Origin: Acidovorax sp. | Lineage (GTDB): Bacteria; Pseudomonadota; Gammaproteobacteria; Burkholderiales; Burkholderiaceae_C | Length of the DNA: 60,946 nucleotides | Direction: 5' to 3' | Assembly: GCA_024711405.1 (NCBI GenBank) | Contig: JANJSZ010000042.1 | Span: forward strand, 1 to 60,946 | Shown: positions 40,162-49,663 of the stretch, piece after piece | How positions within the stretch are numbered: the stretch's first letter is position 1 | How the letters are laid out: each line of letters starts with the position of its first letter | Notes under the pieces: generated by a model | Database searches by the model: none | Told to the model about the DNA's origin: nothing | The model's input: only the letters and a program-made list of their open reading frames with translations | Translations under genes and position numbers: made by a program

Positions 40162-40767
40162 AATTACCCAATTCCTTGGCGTACGTCCCGTGGCAATTCA
40201 GGCGCTCACGTCGCAATACGCGCAGTCTGCCAAATGACCGCTTCTTCAGACAAAGCACTCCGTCAGCTGCGAATGGCCGGCGATTGCAATCGCTGCAGAG
40301 CGGCTCTACGATCTGGCTGCTTCAGGCTGTGTACAGACGATCAGCTTGCAGCGATCGAGCGTTCGCCCAAGACTTCAAAGCGACCGATCACCGATCGGCC
40401 ACTACGCTAACTTGGCTGCAACCTCGTCGCAGACGGTACCACCACTTCGTAAAGGAATGAGTTGCTGTCTGGGGAAGGCGTGACGTCAGGAATCAGCGCA
40501 ACGCCCTCGTGGATGTGTCTGCCGATGATCGAGGAATGCCTGTAGCTAGAACCACGACCAAACTGGTTAAACGCCGACTGCCATTCCCGGCATCCGCTCG
40601 GCCCGAACGCGGCTGGTGGCGATGTCCAGCGTCTTGGCGGACAGAGAGTTGGCTAGGTCTTCAAAAACCTGCTGTTTGTGCGCGTCGTCGGTCGGCTCGG
40701 CGGGGTCCCACCGGCGCGGGTTCTGCAGCAATACTTGGAGAATGGCGCGCGAATTTTCTGGCCGCAG

Positions 40768-40806
40768 TGTCAACTAAGGTGTAAACTGACAACTGAACTG
40801 TCAACC
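40768..40806 (+). promoter_or_regulatory. Operator-like repeat cluster upstream of the three-gene operon
   Basis: TGTCAACT 40768, TGTAAACT 40780, TGACAACT 40787, TGTCAACC 40799; includes the palindrome TGACA-N7-TGTCA. Confidence 0.6.
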
Positions 40807-40828
40807 AAGAGAAGATTGGAGCTTACCA

Positions 40829-41629
40829 GTGAGCGAGAGGATGTCGAACGCGCCGGTGTACTACGCGCTCGCGCAGGCGCACTTTAATCCTGTCGCAGCG
40901 ATGTCCAAGTACGTGGATCAGATCCAGGATCGTCTGCGGCGCGAGGGATATCCGTTGTTCGAGCCGCAACAGGTCACGCACCTGGTTGTGCCGGGCCCTG
41001 GCCAAGCGCAGCAAGCAGAGCCGCAGATTACGCATACGGTCTCCTGGCTCATCACGCGCAGCGACCGTACAGCCGGCTTCATCCTAGCGCCGTCTGCAAT
41101 CACGTACCACACGACCCACTACGACACGCACAACGAGTTCATACCGGAGCTACTGCGCGGCTTGGCGGCCGTGCACGAGGTGGCCACCCTCGATCATGTC
41201 AGTCGGTTGGGCCTTCGCTACCTAGATGCCGTGTTGCCTCGCGCCGGAGAGAGCGTGGAGCAGTACCTCGTCGGTGGATTGCACGGCATTGAGTTCAATG
41301 CAACGCAGCGGTACAGGCTGACGGAATCTGTCTTTGGGACGGACACCGGCCCACTGGTGCGGACCGGGACGCTCGTGACACGGGTGCATAGGATGACCGC
41401 GCCTTTGGGGTTCCCGCCAGACATGCAGCCCAACGGCTTGATGATCAATCCGAAATTCGAGGTGAAGGAGGCCCGGGCGCATGCGGTCATCGATACGGAC
41501 CACTTTGTCGAAGGCAGCATGCCTATTGATATGGACATCCTAGATAAGCAGGTGCTCTCGCTGCATGCGACCATCAAGTCTGTCTTCGGAGCGACCACGA
41601 CGGATAACGCGCGCGATGCATGGGCCTAA
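40829..41629 (+). CDS. TIGR04255-like protein
   Basis: NAPV..ALAQ..F N-terminus, I...LR...YP, TT.Y, RLGLRYLD, IDTD.F, LH..IK..F...TT..A...W C-terminus. Confidence 0.8.
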   Translation: MSERMSNAPVYYALAQAHFNPVAAMSKYVDQIQDRLRREGYPLFEPQQVTHLVVPGPGQAQQAEPQITHTVSWLITRSDRTAGFILAPSAITYHTTHYDTHNEFIPELLRGLAAVHEVATLDHVSRLGLRYLDAVLPRAGESVEQYLVGGLHGIEFNATQRYRLTESVFGTDTGPLVRTGTLVTRVHRMTAPLGFPPDMQPNGLMINPKFEVKEARAHAVIDTDHFVEGSMPIDMDILDKQVLSLHATIKSVFGATTTDNARDAWA

Positions 41630-41648
41630 ACCAGCCGAAACCGACGCC

Positions 41649-42296
41649 ATGTACACCGCGACACTACCTACTTACCGACCGATGCCGTTCGCCGCGCCGA
41701 TTGGCGCTGCCGCCACTGCAGCCTTTGCGTTGCTTGGCTCGGCCCTTGCGGTCGGTGGCACGGGCAGCGTCTTCGACATCTCTCGCGCAGGTGACTGGCG
41801 CAAGATGTTGGAAGCGCGAGTTCCCTTTCACGTCGACGTCGAGATGGCTGATGACAGCCAGGAGCAACGCCCTGATCTGCGATCAGCATCTGACCACCTC
41901 GGCAACATCCGCCAGGTGTTGAATCCGGCCATCGCTGATCTGGCCACGGTGTTCGGCGTCTCCAGACAGGCAATCTACAAGTGGATCGGCGGAGAAGCGA
42001 CGCCAGAGCCTGACAAGTTCGAGCGGATTCACGCCCTGAGCCATGCAGCCGACGCTTTTCGAGATGCTGACATCACTCGTGCGTCTTCCATGCTGAAGAT
42101 GAAGGCATTTGAGGGCCGGTCCTTGATGGATCTCGCTGCTGCCGGTCAACTCTTGCCATCGCACATCCAGTCGCTGATCGCCGAATCCCAGGCGATGGAT
42201 GCAGCTTACGACCGATCAGGCTTGGCGAAGTCGAAAGCGAAGCCCTCGGAAGATTGGCGTACCGAGGTGTCCATTCCCGGATCCCCCGAGCGATAG
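41649..42296 (+). CDS. HTH protein with a hydrophobic low-complexity N-terminus (putative antitoxin/regulator)
   Basis: IADLATVFGVSRQAIYKWIGG XRE-type HTH; N-terminal AAATAAFALLGSALAVGGTG. Confidence 0.75.
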   Translation: MYTATLPTYRPMPFAAPIGAAATAAFALLGSALAVGGTGSVFDISRAGDWRKMLEARVPFHVDVEMADDSQEQRPDLRSASDHLGNIRQVLNPAIADLATVFGVSRQAIYKWIGGEATPEPDKFERIHALSHAADAFRDADITRASSMLKMKAFEGRSLMDLAAAGQLLPSHIQSLIAESQAMDAAYDRSGLAKSKAKPSEDWRTEVSIPGSPER

Positions 42297-42311
42297 GTCG
42301 GGGGGCGATAG

Positions 42312-43169
42312 ATGCTGGCGCGCGATACGGACTGGCGACAGGGTGATCTTATAACTTGCCAGGCAGCTGCTGCATTGGGTTTGGTCGGCGTGACCCACCA
42401 CGGACACCGCGTCATTGTCATCACCCATGACTGCGACTTGCCGCATGCAAGCGAGCACCGCGTCGAGGTCATCGTCGCCGAGTTGGTTGTCAAGGACCCA
42501 AAGCCTGACCCGCAGCTCTCCTACGCCAAGAACCCGCGACGACTCCACCTCGCCTACGCGGGCGCCGACGCTGCACCGTTGATTCTTGAGCTCCGGCATG
42601 GTGATCGCCGAAGCGTACCGAAAGGTGACTTCGCCGAGCGCGCAGTCAAAGACAACAGTCTCACACTGCCGGTTGACGCGAAGCGTGCCCTGAAGCAATG
42701 GCTTGCCGCGCGATACGGCCGACCGGTCTTCCCCAATGCTTTCGAGGAGCGGCTGCGCAAGCTATCTGGCAAGCGTACCGTCGAACAGCTGATCGCCAAG
42801 ATTCTGGAACCCGACGCGAAGTACCTGGTCGGGCTGTTCTTCGATCTGGGCAAGCACCGGGGCGCAGAAGCCGTCGAAGGGGAGCCATACGCCCTGTCAA
42901 TGTCCATTGTGTACGACGCAACCGAGGGCGGCATCAACGCGAGGCTGTCGGCTGAGCGGGTCGCCGGGCAGCTGCGCGAGCTGTTCGAGAAGACCTACGG
43001 CATGCCCGACTTAGCCACGGAGATCGCGCTCGACGCTTGCGAAGCCGTGGCAGACACCCACCTGACACTGGCTGATCTACGCCGCGTGGATCAGTGGCGC
43101 CTGGAGTTCATCAGCCTGCGAGATGATGATCAGGGCGACTTCCTTCCGGTTGGTGAAATACCGGCGTAG
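42312..43169 (+). CDS. Hypothetical protein (putative effector)
   Basis: 285 aa; WRQG...VIVITHDCDL...KNPRRLHL...WLAARYGRP.FP..FE.RL; 15 nt after the previous stop. Confidence 0.75.
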   Translation: MLARDTDWRQGDLITCQAAAALGLVGVTHHGHRVIVITHDCDLPHASEHRVEVIVAELVVKDPKPDPQLSYAKNPRRLHLAYAGADAAPLILELRHGDRRSVPKGDFAERAVKDNSLTLPVDAKRALKQWLAARYGRPVFPNAFEERLRKLSGKRTVEQLIAKILEPDAKYLVGLFFDLGKHRGAEAVEGEPYALSMSIVYDATEGGINARLSAERVAGQLRELFEKTYGMPDLATEIALDACEAVADTHLTLADLRRVDQWRLEFISLRDDDQGDFLPVGEIPA

Positions 43170-43468
43170 GGGCAAGGGGTAGCCGCGTCATAGAGATGGT
43201 TGCTACAGCGGCACTCCACCAGAATCGCGGTGAGGCACTCCAATCACCGATATGTGACCAATACGGTGTGAATCAGTCGCTTCAGGGCGAACTACCGCTA
43301 TCGCTGCACAACGGTCATTCAAAGTGGAGCTGAGCTTGTCAGATCAGGGTCGACCCAAGCAACGCCATCGGCTCTTTATGGGCGGCAACTGCAATTCCAC
43401 GTAGGGCACCCAGTACGTAAACGCACGGCAAACCCATGTTGACCGCCGATGGCGACCATTGCTGACGA

Positions 43469-45025
43469 TCAGATGTCAGTGGGCTGCCAGCGGTGCGGCA
43501 AGAGCTCGTCGATACGGCTGGCCTTGTGCGTGGGCAGCTTGGTGAGCACGTCCTTGAGGTACGCATAGGGGTCGTGCCCGTTCATGCGGGCCGACTGAAC
43601 CAGGCTCATCACCGCCGCCGCCCGCTGGCCCGCGCGCAGGCTGCCGGCGAACAGCCAATTGGCTCTGCCAATGGCAATCGGCCGGATCTGGTTTTCGATC
43701 CAGTTGTTGTCCACGGGCAGTTGCCCGTCATCGATGAAGCGCGTCAGTGCCGTCCAGCGCCGCAGGCTGTAATCCAGGGCCCTGGCAGTCGCCGAGCTGT
43801 CCGGCAGCTTTTGCCGCTGCAGCGTCATCCACTGGTGCAGCGCATCGAGGATGGGCTTGGAGTGCTGCTGCCGAATGCTCTGGCGTTGATCAGCGTTCAG
43901 CTCCTTGACCTCGCGCTCGATGTCGTAGACCTTGGCGAACTGCTCCAAGGCGAACCCGGCGATCTGGCTTTTGTTTGCCGCATGCAGGTCAAAGAATTTT
44001 CGTCGGGCGTGCGCCAGGCAGCCGACCTCGGTCACGCCGTTGGCGATCGTGACTTTGTACCCGCCGAAGTCATCGCACACCAGGCTGCCGCGCCAGTCTC
44101 CGAGGAAGCGGCGAGCATGCTCACCCGCCCTGGACTCGCAGAAGTCGTAGACCACGGCCTTCATGTCTTCGAAGGCGCCTGGCGCGTAGGCCCACAGGTA
44201 GGCCCGGTGGGTCGTGCCCTTGCCGGGCTTGAGCATCTGCACCGGCGTCTCGTCGGCGTGCAGCACGCGCTGGCCCAGTATTTCGGCCTTGAGCGCATCA
44301 ACCAGTGGTTGCAGCCGCACGCCACAGGTGCCCACCCACTGCGCCAAGGTGGAGCGAGGGATGGCCAGACCGGCGCGTGCGAAGATGCTTTCCTGGCGGA
44401 ACAAAGGCAGATGGTCAGCGTATTTGGCCACCAGCACCTGGGCCAGCAGGCCCGTGGTGGGGATGCCCTTGTCGATCACATGCGCCTCGACCGGCACCTG
44501 GGTGATGGTCTCGCACTTGGCGCAGGCCCACTTGCCACGGATGTGGCGCTCCACTGTGAACACGCCGGGCACATAGTCCAGCTTTTCGGCCACGTCTTCA
44601 CCGATGCGCTTCATCGCACAGCCACAGGCGCAGGTAGTCAACTCAGGCTCGTGGCGGATCTCGCGCCGCGGCAGGTTGGCCGGCAGCGGCTGGCGCTTGG
44701 GTTGCTGTTTGGCTTGGGGCGCTGGCGCAGGCGGCTGCAGTTGCTCGATCTCGACGGCGACCGCTGCCAGGTCGGCCTCGATCTCGTCTTCAAGCAGGCT
44801 GCGCTGCTCGGCGTTGAAGCGCTCGGACTGTGCGGCGAACTTCATGCGCTTCAAGAGCGCGTTCTCGTGGGCGAGCTTGGCGTTGAGCGCCTGGCTGTGC
44901 TTGAGTTCGGTTTGGTGGCGGGCGATTTGCGCGTCCTTGTCGCTCACATGGCCCATGAGGCTGGCGACCATCTCGCGCAGTTGCTGTGCGCTGAGATTGT
45001 TCAGGGATTGTTGCTGCACCACCAT
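43469..45025 (-). CDS. tnpC: IS66 transposase TnpC
   Basis: Coiled coil, C.CG zinc finger, KYADHLP, LHADET, CLAHARRKF, DNN..E..IR, LLP..W. Confidence 0.96.
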   Translation of the reverse strand: MVVQQQSLNNLSAQQLREMVASLMGHVSDKDAQIARHQTELKHSQALNAKLAHENALLKRMKFAAQSERFNAEQRSLLEDEIEADLAAVAVEIEQLQPPAPAPQAKQQPKRQPLPANLPRREIRHEPELTTCACGCAMKRIGEDVAEKLDYVPGVFTVERHIRGKWACAKCETITQVPVEAHVIDKGIPTTGLLAQVLVAKYADHLPLFRQESIFARAGLAIPRSTLAQWVGTCGVRLQPLVDALKAEILGQRVLHADETPVQMLKPGKGTTHRAYLWAYAPGAFEDMKAVVYDFCESRAGEHARRFLGDWRGSLVCDDFGGYKVTIANGVTEVGCLAHARRKFFDLHAANKSQIAGFALEQFAKVYDIEREVKELNADQRQSIRQQHSKPILDALHQWMTLQRQKLPDSSATARALDYSLRRWTALTRFIDDGQLPVDNNWIENQIRPIAIGRANWLFAGSLRAGQRAAAVMSLVQSARMNGHDPYAYLKDVLTKLPTHKASRIDELLPHRWQPTDI

Positions 45026-45090
45026 GGCAGCCAGTGTGCCAAGGATGGCCCTGCGCTGTCATGCGCAGATCCACCGATTGCGCGCCGGCT

Positions 45091-45423
45091 TCAGACCATG
45101 GTGATAATGCCGGCGTTTCCCATGCGTTGCCAGGGCAGGCCCAGCACCAGGGCGTCAAGCTGGACAGGCTCCAACTGCCACTGCTCATTGCCTGGCGCCG
45201 GCCAGACGAACTTCCCCTGGTGCAGGCGGCGAGCGGCCAGCCAGATGCCGATGCCGTCGTGCACCAGCACCTTGATGCGGTTGGCGCGTCTGTTGGCGAA
45301 CAGGTAGGCGTGATGAGGGTGGGCAGCACCGAACACGCTGACCACCCGGGCCAGCGCCGTGTCGGTGCCGGCGCGCATGTCCAGCGGGGCCGTGGCAAGC
45401 CAGGCAGCGTCGATACGGATCAT
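45091..45423 (-). CDS. tnpB: IS66 accessory protein TnpB
   Basis: P.DMR.G, YLF.NRR..RIK.L..DG.G.WL..RRL..G.F.W. Confidence 0.95.
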   Translation of the reverse strand: MIRIDAAWLATAPLDMRAGTDTALARVVSVFGAAHPHHAYLFANRRANRIKVLVHDGIGIWLAARRLHQGKFVWPAPGNEQWQLEPVQLDALVLGLPWQRMGNAGIITMV

Positions 45424-45968
45424 TGCCGCAGCACCTGGAGCAAACCCTGCAATGCGCGGGAACACTCGCCAGCAGCGGCCACCGGCCAATTGACCGTCAC
45501 GAGGGTGCCGTGATGACAGCACTCGATGCGGATGTCTGATGAGGGAGTTGCCGATGCAGCACTTGGGGCAGCTTGCGCACCCGCTGGCTGAGGCCCCATC
45601 GCCGGCGAGCCCAGCGTCATCGCGATGAAGGCGGGCACGGTGCTGGCATGAGGCAGATGCGCCGGGGCACGAACAGGCTGTGCATTGGCCATTGGCTCAG
45701 CCGCTGCATCGTCGCAGTGCGGGGCGATGCCGGACGCCACAGCATGCGCGGTATCGCAGGCGCTCTGGTGCAGGCCCAGACGATGCTCCTTGAGCCAGCG
45801 ATGCAGCACATTGGCATTCATGCCATGTTCACGCGCCGTGGCGGCAATCGATGCGCCGGGCTGCTGGCACGCGGCGATCAGTTCAACCTTGAATTGCGCG
45901 CTGTAGACCCGGCGCGTGCGGGGGGCAGAGTAGCGCGAATTGGGGATCTCTTGAGACATGGTGTGCAC
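45420..45968 (-). CDS. tnpA: IS66 TnpA (HTH)
   Basis: RRVYS.QFK...PGASIAA.AREHG.NAN.L.RW; ATGA-coupled to tnpB. Confidence 0.9.
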   Translation of the reverse strand: MHTMSQEIPNSRYSAPRTRRVYSAQFKVELIAACQQPGASIAATAREHGMNANVLHRWLKEHRLGLHQSACDTAHAVASGIAPHCDDAAAEPMANAQPVRAPAHLPHASTVPAFIAMTLGSPAMGPQPAGAQAAPSAASATPSSDIRIECCHHGTLVTVNWPVAAAGECSRALQGLLQVLRQ

Positions 45969-46051
45969 GATGGTTTACGTGGACACGATGGTGCTTGCAA
46001 TTCCTCATTCGAGGTAGATGGGTTGGCCGGACGGATACCCCAGTACAGACC

Positions 46052-46162
46052 CTATCCGCCCCAGTCCTCTCCAAATACCTGCGCCTGTTGCAAGATTAGC
46101 TCCGCCGCAGCCTCCTGCAGATCCGGCGGGTACTTGTACTTGCGCAGAATGCGCTTGACCTG
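46052..46162 (-). pseudogene. 3' relic of a second type I hsdR (DUF3387-like C-terminus)
   Basis: Minus strand reads QVKRILRKYKYPPDLQEAAAELILQQAQVFGEDWGG*, the characteristic end of one HsdR subfamily; too short for the ORF track. Confidence 0.8.
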
Positions 46163-46361
46163 CTGACTCGGGCCACTATGTCTTTCCACCTGCGCGCAAG
46201 TTCAACAACTCGGCGCCAACTCACGCAGCTCCTTAACAACGATGTCATCGAGCTGTCCTGATTCTGTTGGGGTGCGCTCCCTACGATGAACACATCTCCT
46301 CAACGCCTAAGCAAGGCATGAGAGATGCAATTTTCGTCCACTTTGTTAAGGAGCTTCAACC

Positions 46362-46712
46362 ATGATCCAACAACGCCTCTCCCTGTCTTCCATGATCGCA
46401 GCCGCAGCCTCAGTGGTTGCCCTGGGCCTCCCAGGGATGGCTTCTGCCGCATACGAACATCCTGCCAACAATGAAAAGGGCGTAATCGTTCACCCGGAAC
46501 ACTTCAAGAGCGAGAAGACGCGAGAGCAGGTTATCGCAGAAACCAAGGCTGCTATGCAGCAAGGACTCCTTTCTTACGGAGAAAGCAACTTCCCGATCCG
46601 CACACCTGATGCAGCTGGTCCAGGCAAGACGCGTGCGCAAGTAATCAACGAACTGCGGAATGAGTCCCCTGCCGAACGCGATGCGCGTCTGCGTCTTTAC
46701 TACCAGGGCTGA
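46362..46712 (+). CDS. DUF4148-like periplasmic protein
   Basis: RBS AAGGAG, signal peptide, two KTR(E/A)QV..E repeats; cop-box-like TAACA-N4-TGTCAT at 46234-46248. Confidence 0.8.
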   Translation: MIQQRLSLSSMIAAAASVVALGLPGMASAAYEHPANNEKGVIVHPEHFKSEKTREQVIAETKAAMQQGLLSYGESNFPIRTPDAAGPGKTRAQVINELRNESPAERDARLRLYYQG

Positions 46713-47052
46713 TTGCCTAAGTTGGTGTCGCAGAAAGCTTTGGAATCCATTCTGTTGGATCGTTGGCGTCGGCCTGACTGACCTCTTGTCAGTCCAGGCC
46801 GCCGCCCGAATTTCCCTGACTCTCAACCGCCGACACACTGTCGCGAGAAGAGCTACGGACCGAGTGGGTGGCGCGAGGGCAGTCGGCCGGGGCGCATCGT
46901 ACCGCGCATGCGAAAGCGACAGTCAAAACCCTATCCTTGGCTGAAGACACCCAGATCCCACGCTCACACCCAGGTCAAGCGCTACGGCCATGATTGGGCG
47001 ACAAAGTAGGTGCCATTCGCCTGATCAACAAACGAGCGGCAGTCTGGTCTAA

Positions 47053-48203
47053 GGCTACGCTGAACAAGCCCTCGAAATTTCCCGCGCGAACGCGGAAGAC
47101 GCCATTTTTTGGATTTTGTGGCCTCTTGCGCCGCCCATTTGGGCCGTTCGCAGGGCCTTGAGGCCCGATTTCCACCCTTACGGGCGCACCTGTCCCTGCA
47201 GTCGCCCTCGGGCAAGGAAAATGTTGGCCAGCGCCAAGGCCGTGAATGCGCGTGTGGCGTTCTTCTGCAGCCCGCGGTAGCGCACCTTGGTGAATCCCCA
47301 CAGGCGCTTGACCACCCCGAACACATGCTCTACCCGAGCGCGGATGCGTGACTTGTTGCGGTTCTTGGCCCGCTGAACTTCGTCCACCTCGCCTGCACGG
47401 CGGGTGCGCTGGTTGGTGAAGTCTTTGGCCTTGGGGGCTTTGCTCGCTATCAGCGCTTTCTGGCTGGCATAGGCCGAGTCGCCATAGACGCGCTGTTCGC
47501 TGCCGTGCAGTAAATCGGGCAGCGGGTGTTTGTCATGCACGTTGGCCGCCGTCACCACGGCGCTGTGCACCAGCCCGCTTTGGCTGTCCACGCCAATGTG
47601 CAGCTTCATGCCGAAATACCATTGCTGGCCTTTGCGTGTCTGGTGCATATCGGGGTCGCGCGCCTTGTCGGCGTTCTTGGTGGAGCTGGGCGCTGCGATG
47701 ATGGTTGCATCCACGATGGTGCCGGTGTTGATCTTGAAGCCGCGCTCCCGCAATTGCTGGCCTACCTTGGCAAACAGGGCTTCACCCAGTTTTTGCTCAT
47801 TGAGCAGTTTGCGAAACTTCAGCAGCGTGGTGGCATCGGGCACGCGTTCGAGGCCTAGGTCAATGCCCACAAAGCGGCGCAGACTGGCGCTGTCATACAG
47901 GGCCTCTTCGCATGCCAGATCGGCCAGGTTGAACCAGTGCTGCAGGAAATGGATGCGCAGCATGCGCTCCAAGCCAATGGGCGGGCGGCCGTTGCCTGCC
48001 TTGGGGTAGTGCGGCTCTATCACCTGGCACAGGGCGGCCCACGGCACTATTGCATCCATGGTCCGCAGGAACTCTTCGCGCCGGGTGGGTTTGCGCGAAT
48101 GCTCGAATCCGCTGTCTTGATCTGCGGCCATTGCCAGGGTCCGTTGCTTCATCTGCGGATAACGTTTGAGAACCCACTATGGTGGACCTTAATCAGCGTT
48201 GCC
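47053..48203 (-). mobile_element. Complete IS5-family element with a CTAA target duplication
   Basis: IRs GGCTACGCTGAACAAG / GGCAACGCTGATTAAG (rc); CTAA at 47049-47052 and 48204-48207. Confidence 0.95.
47178..48152 (-). CDS. IS5-family transposase
   Basis: IVDATII, GMKLHIGVD, GDSAY, R.RVEH.F (DDE). Confidence 0.96.
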   Translation of the reverse strand: MKQRTLAMAADQDSGFEHSRKPTRREEFLRTMDAIVPWAALCQVIEPHYPKAGNGRPPIGLERMLRIHFLQHWFNLADLACEEALYDSASLRRFVGIDLGLERVPDATTLLKFRKLLNEQKLGEALFAKVGQQLRERGFKINTGTIVDATIIAAPSSTKNADKARDPDMHQTRKGQQWYFGMKLHIGVDSQSGLVHSAVVTAANVHDKHPLPDLLHGSEQRVYGDSAYASQKALIASKAPKAKDFTNQRTRRAGEVDEVQRAKNRNKSRIRARVEHVFGVVKRLWGFTKVRYRGLQKNATRAFTALALANIFLARGRLQGQVRP

Positions 48204-48274
48204 CTAAATTTCACCGGAGGCAACATGAAAGGGTACTGTTCCGCCGATGGAAGCCCTGTTGGCGTTTGGTATTC

Positions 48275-49663
48275 TTATAGTATCAGCCTGCTTGGAAATT
48301 CGAGGCTGAACTTTGTTCTCCCCGAGCCGGATTCAACCGTCACACGTCCTCCGTGCGCTTGTGCAATGGCCCGGGTAATTGATAGTCCGAGGCCAGCACC
48401 ATCGGATTGTGGGTGCGACCGAGACGGGTCGGCACGGTAGAAGCGGTCAAACAGACGAGGAATGCTTTGAGGATCAATGTCCTCCCCCGTGTTCTCGACC
48501 GTTACGACAATGGCTTGCGCTGTCTCGCTGATGTCAATCGTTACATCGCTATGGTCTTTGGAATGGCGCAATGCGTTCGACAACAGATTGCTCAGCGCTC
48601 TGCGAAACATCAATCGGTCACCCAAGATGGCTCCATCACCGAAATGGTGTAGCGTAACACCCTTTTCTTCAGCGACGGCTTCATAAAATTCTAATAAGGC
48701 CTGGGCTTCCTTGGCTGCAGAAAACCGCTCCTTGTTCGGCAAGTCAACCCCACGATCCGTCTTGGCCAGGAACAACATATCCGACACCATGCGCGCCAGG
48801 CGTTGGAATTCCTCCGCGTTCGACGCCAGTATGTCTCGATAGGTGTCAGCGTCTCGCCGGGTGGCGAGTGCAACCTGGGTTTGCGTCAGCAGGTTGCTGA
48901 TGGGGGTGCGCAGCTCATGCGCCAGGTCTGAAGAGAACTCGGACAGTCGTTGGAAGTCATTTTGCAGCCTGTCCAGCATTTTGTTGAGCTCCTGCGCCAA
49001 GTCAGCCATCTCCACAGGAACTGCCTCGATGGGCATTCGCTCATCGAGACGATGAGAACTGACCGTTGTGGCCTGGGTCTTCATGGCGCGCAACGGTGCC
49101 ATGCCTTTGTAGGCTGCGAACCACCCAAGCACCCCGCTGACCAAGATGGCACCAAGGGCATAGAGCGTCAGCGTGCGCTGCAATTGCGCCATGAATTGCG
49201 TGTGATCATGCATGTCAATGGCGATCAGGACATCCAGCGGTGGCGCCGCACTATGGACAGGATGGAAGCGCAAGTTCAGCGCGCGAAATTCACGGCCTTG
49301 ATCTTCCCAACTCTGAATCTCAGCGGTACGATTTTTCGGTGTTGGCGCATCCAACGTGGCTGGTGCTTGAAACCCTTCAGTCCTGAAAATAATATTCCCA
49401 TTGTCATCTTTGACACTGACAGACAACCCGTGGTGATTGGTCAATGCCTCGCGCAAGCGCGATTGAATGTCATCGGTGGAGTTGGCATTGACTATGATGT
49501 TTTCGATCAGGTGCTGTTTGTCTTTCAGCGTGATTCGATCCAGTTCCAGGAAGTGGCTTTCGGTCGCAACTAGGAACAATATTCCAAGCCCCAGCACGAC
49601 GGCCGCAGCCACTATCGTGAAAAAGATGGCCAAACGATGGGTGAGCGAAAAGAACCGGAACAT
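48275..49663 (-). CDS. cusS: Heavy-metal sensor histidine kinase (CusS/CopS-like)
   Basis: Two TM, HAMP, AHELRTP, NLLSNA, RFYR.D, GLGL. Confidence 0.9.
   Translation of the reverse strand: MFRFFSLTHRLAIFFTIVAAAVVLGLGILFLVATESHFLELDRITLKDKQHLIENIIVNANSTDDIQSRLREALTNHHGLSVSVKDDNGNIIFRTEGFQAPATLDAPTPKNRTAEIQSWEDQGREFRALNLRFHPVHSAAPPLDVLIAIDMHDHTQFMAQLQRTLTLYALGAILVSGVLGWFAAYKGMAPLRAMKTQATTVSSHRLDERMPIEAVPVEMADLAQELNKMLDRLQNDFQRLSEFSSDLAHELRTPISNLLTQTQVALATRRDADTYRDILASNAEEFQRLARMVSDMLFLAKTDRGVDLPNKERFSAAKEAQALLEFYEAVAEEKGVTLHHFGDGAILGDRLMFRRALSNLLSNALRHSKDHSDVTIDISETAQAIVVTVENTGEDIDPQSIPRLFDRFYRADPSRSHPQSDGAGLGLSITRAIAQAHGGRVTVESGSGRTKFSLEFPSRLIL

Larger units (their letters stand above)
43417..46038 (-). 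mobile_element. Complete IS66-family element with an 8-bp target duplication
   Basis: Ends GTAAACGCACGGCAAACCCAT / GTATCCGTCCGGCCAACCCAT (rc); CCCAGTAC at 43409-43416 and 46039-46046; tnpA-tnpB-tnpC inside. Confidence 0.95.

Noticed and set aside
40567-40773. 68-aa minus-strand ORF upstream of the trio
   Set aside because: Weak start overlapping the operator repeats and no recognisable family; at most a gene remnant.
5483-43320. Junction repeats as integron attC or Xer dif sites
   Set aside because: No clear RYYYAAC...GTTRRRY ends, no IntI and no XerD arm TTATGTTAAAT; kept only as an unnamed repeat family.
43493-45307. 604-aa ORF opposite IS66 tnpC
   Set aside because: Antisense shadow.
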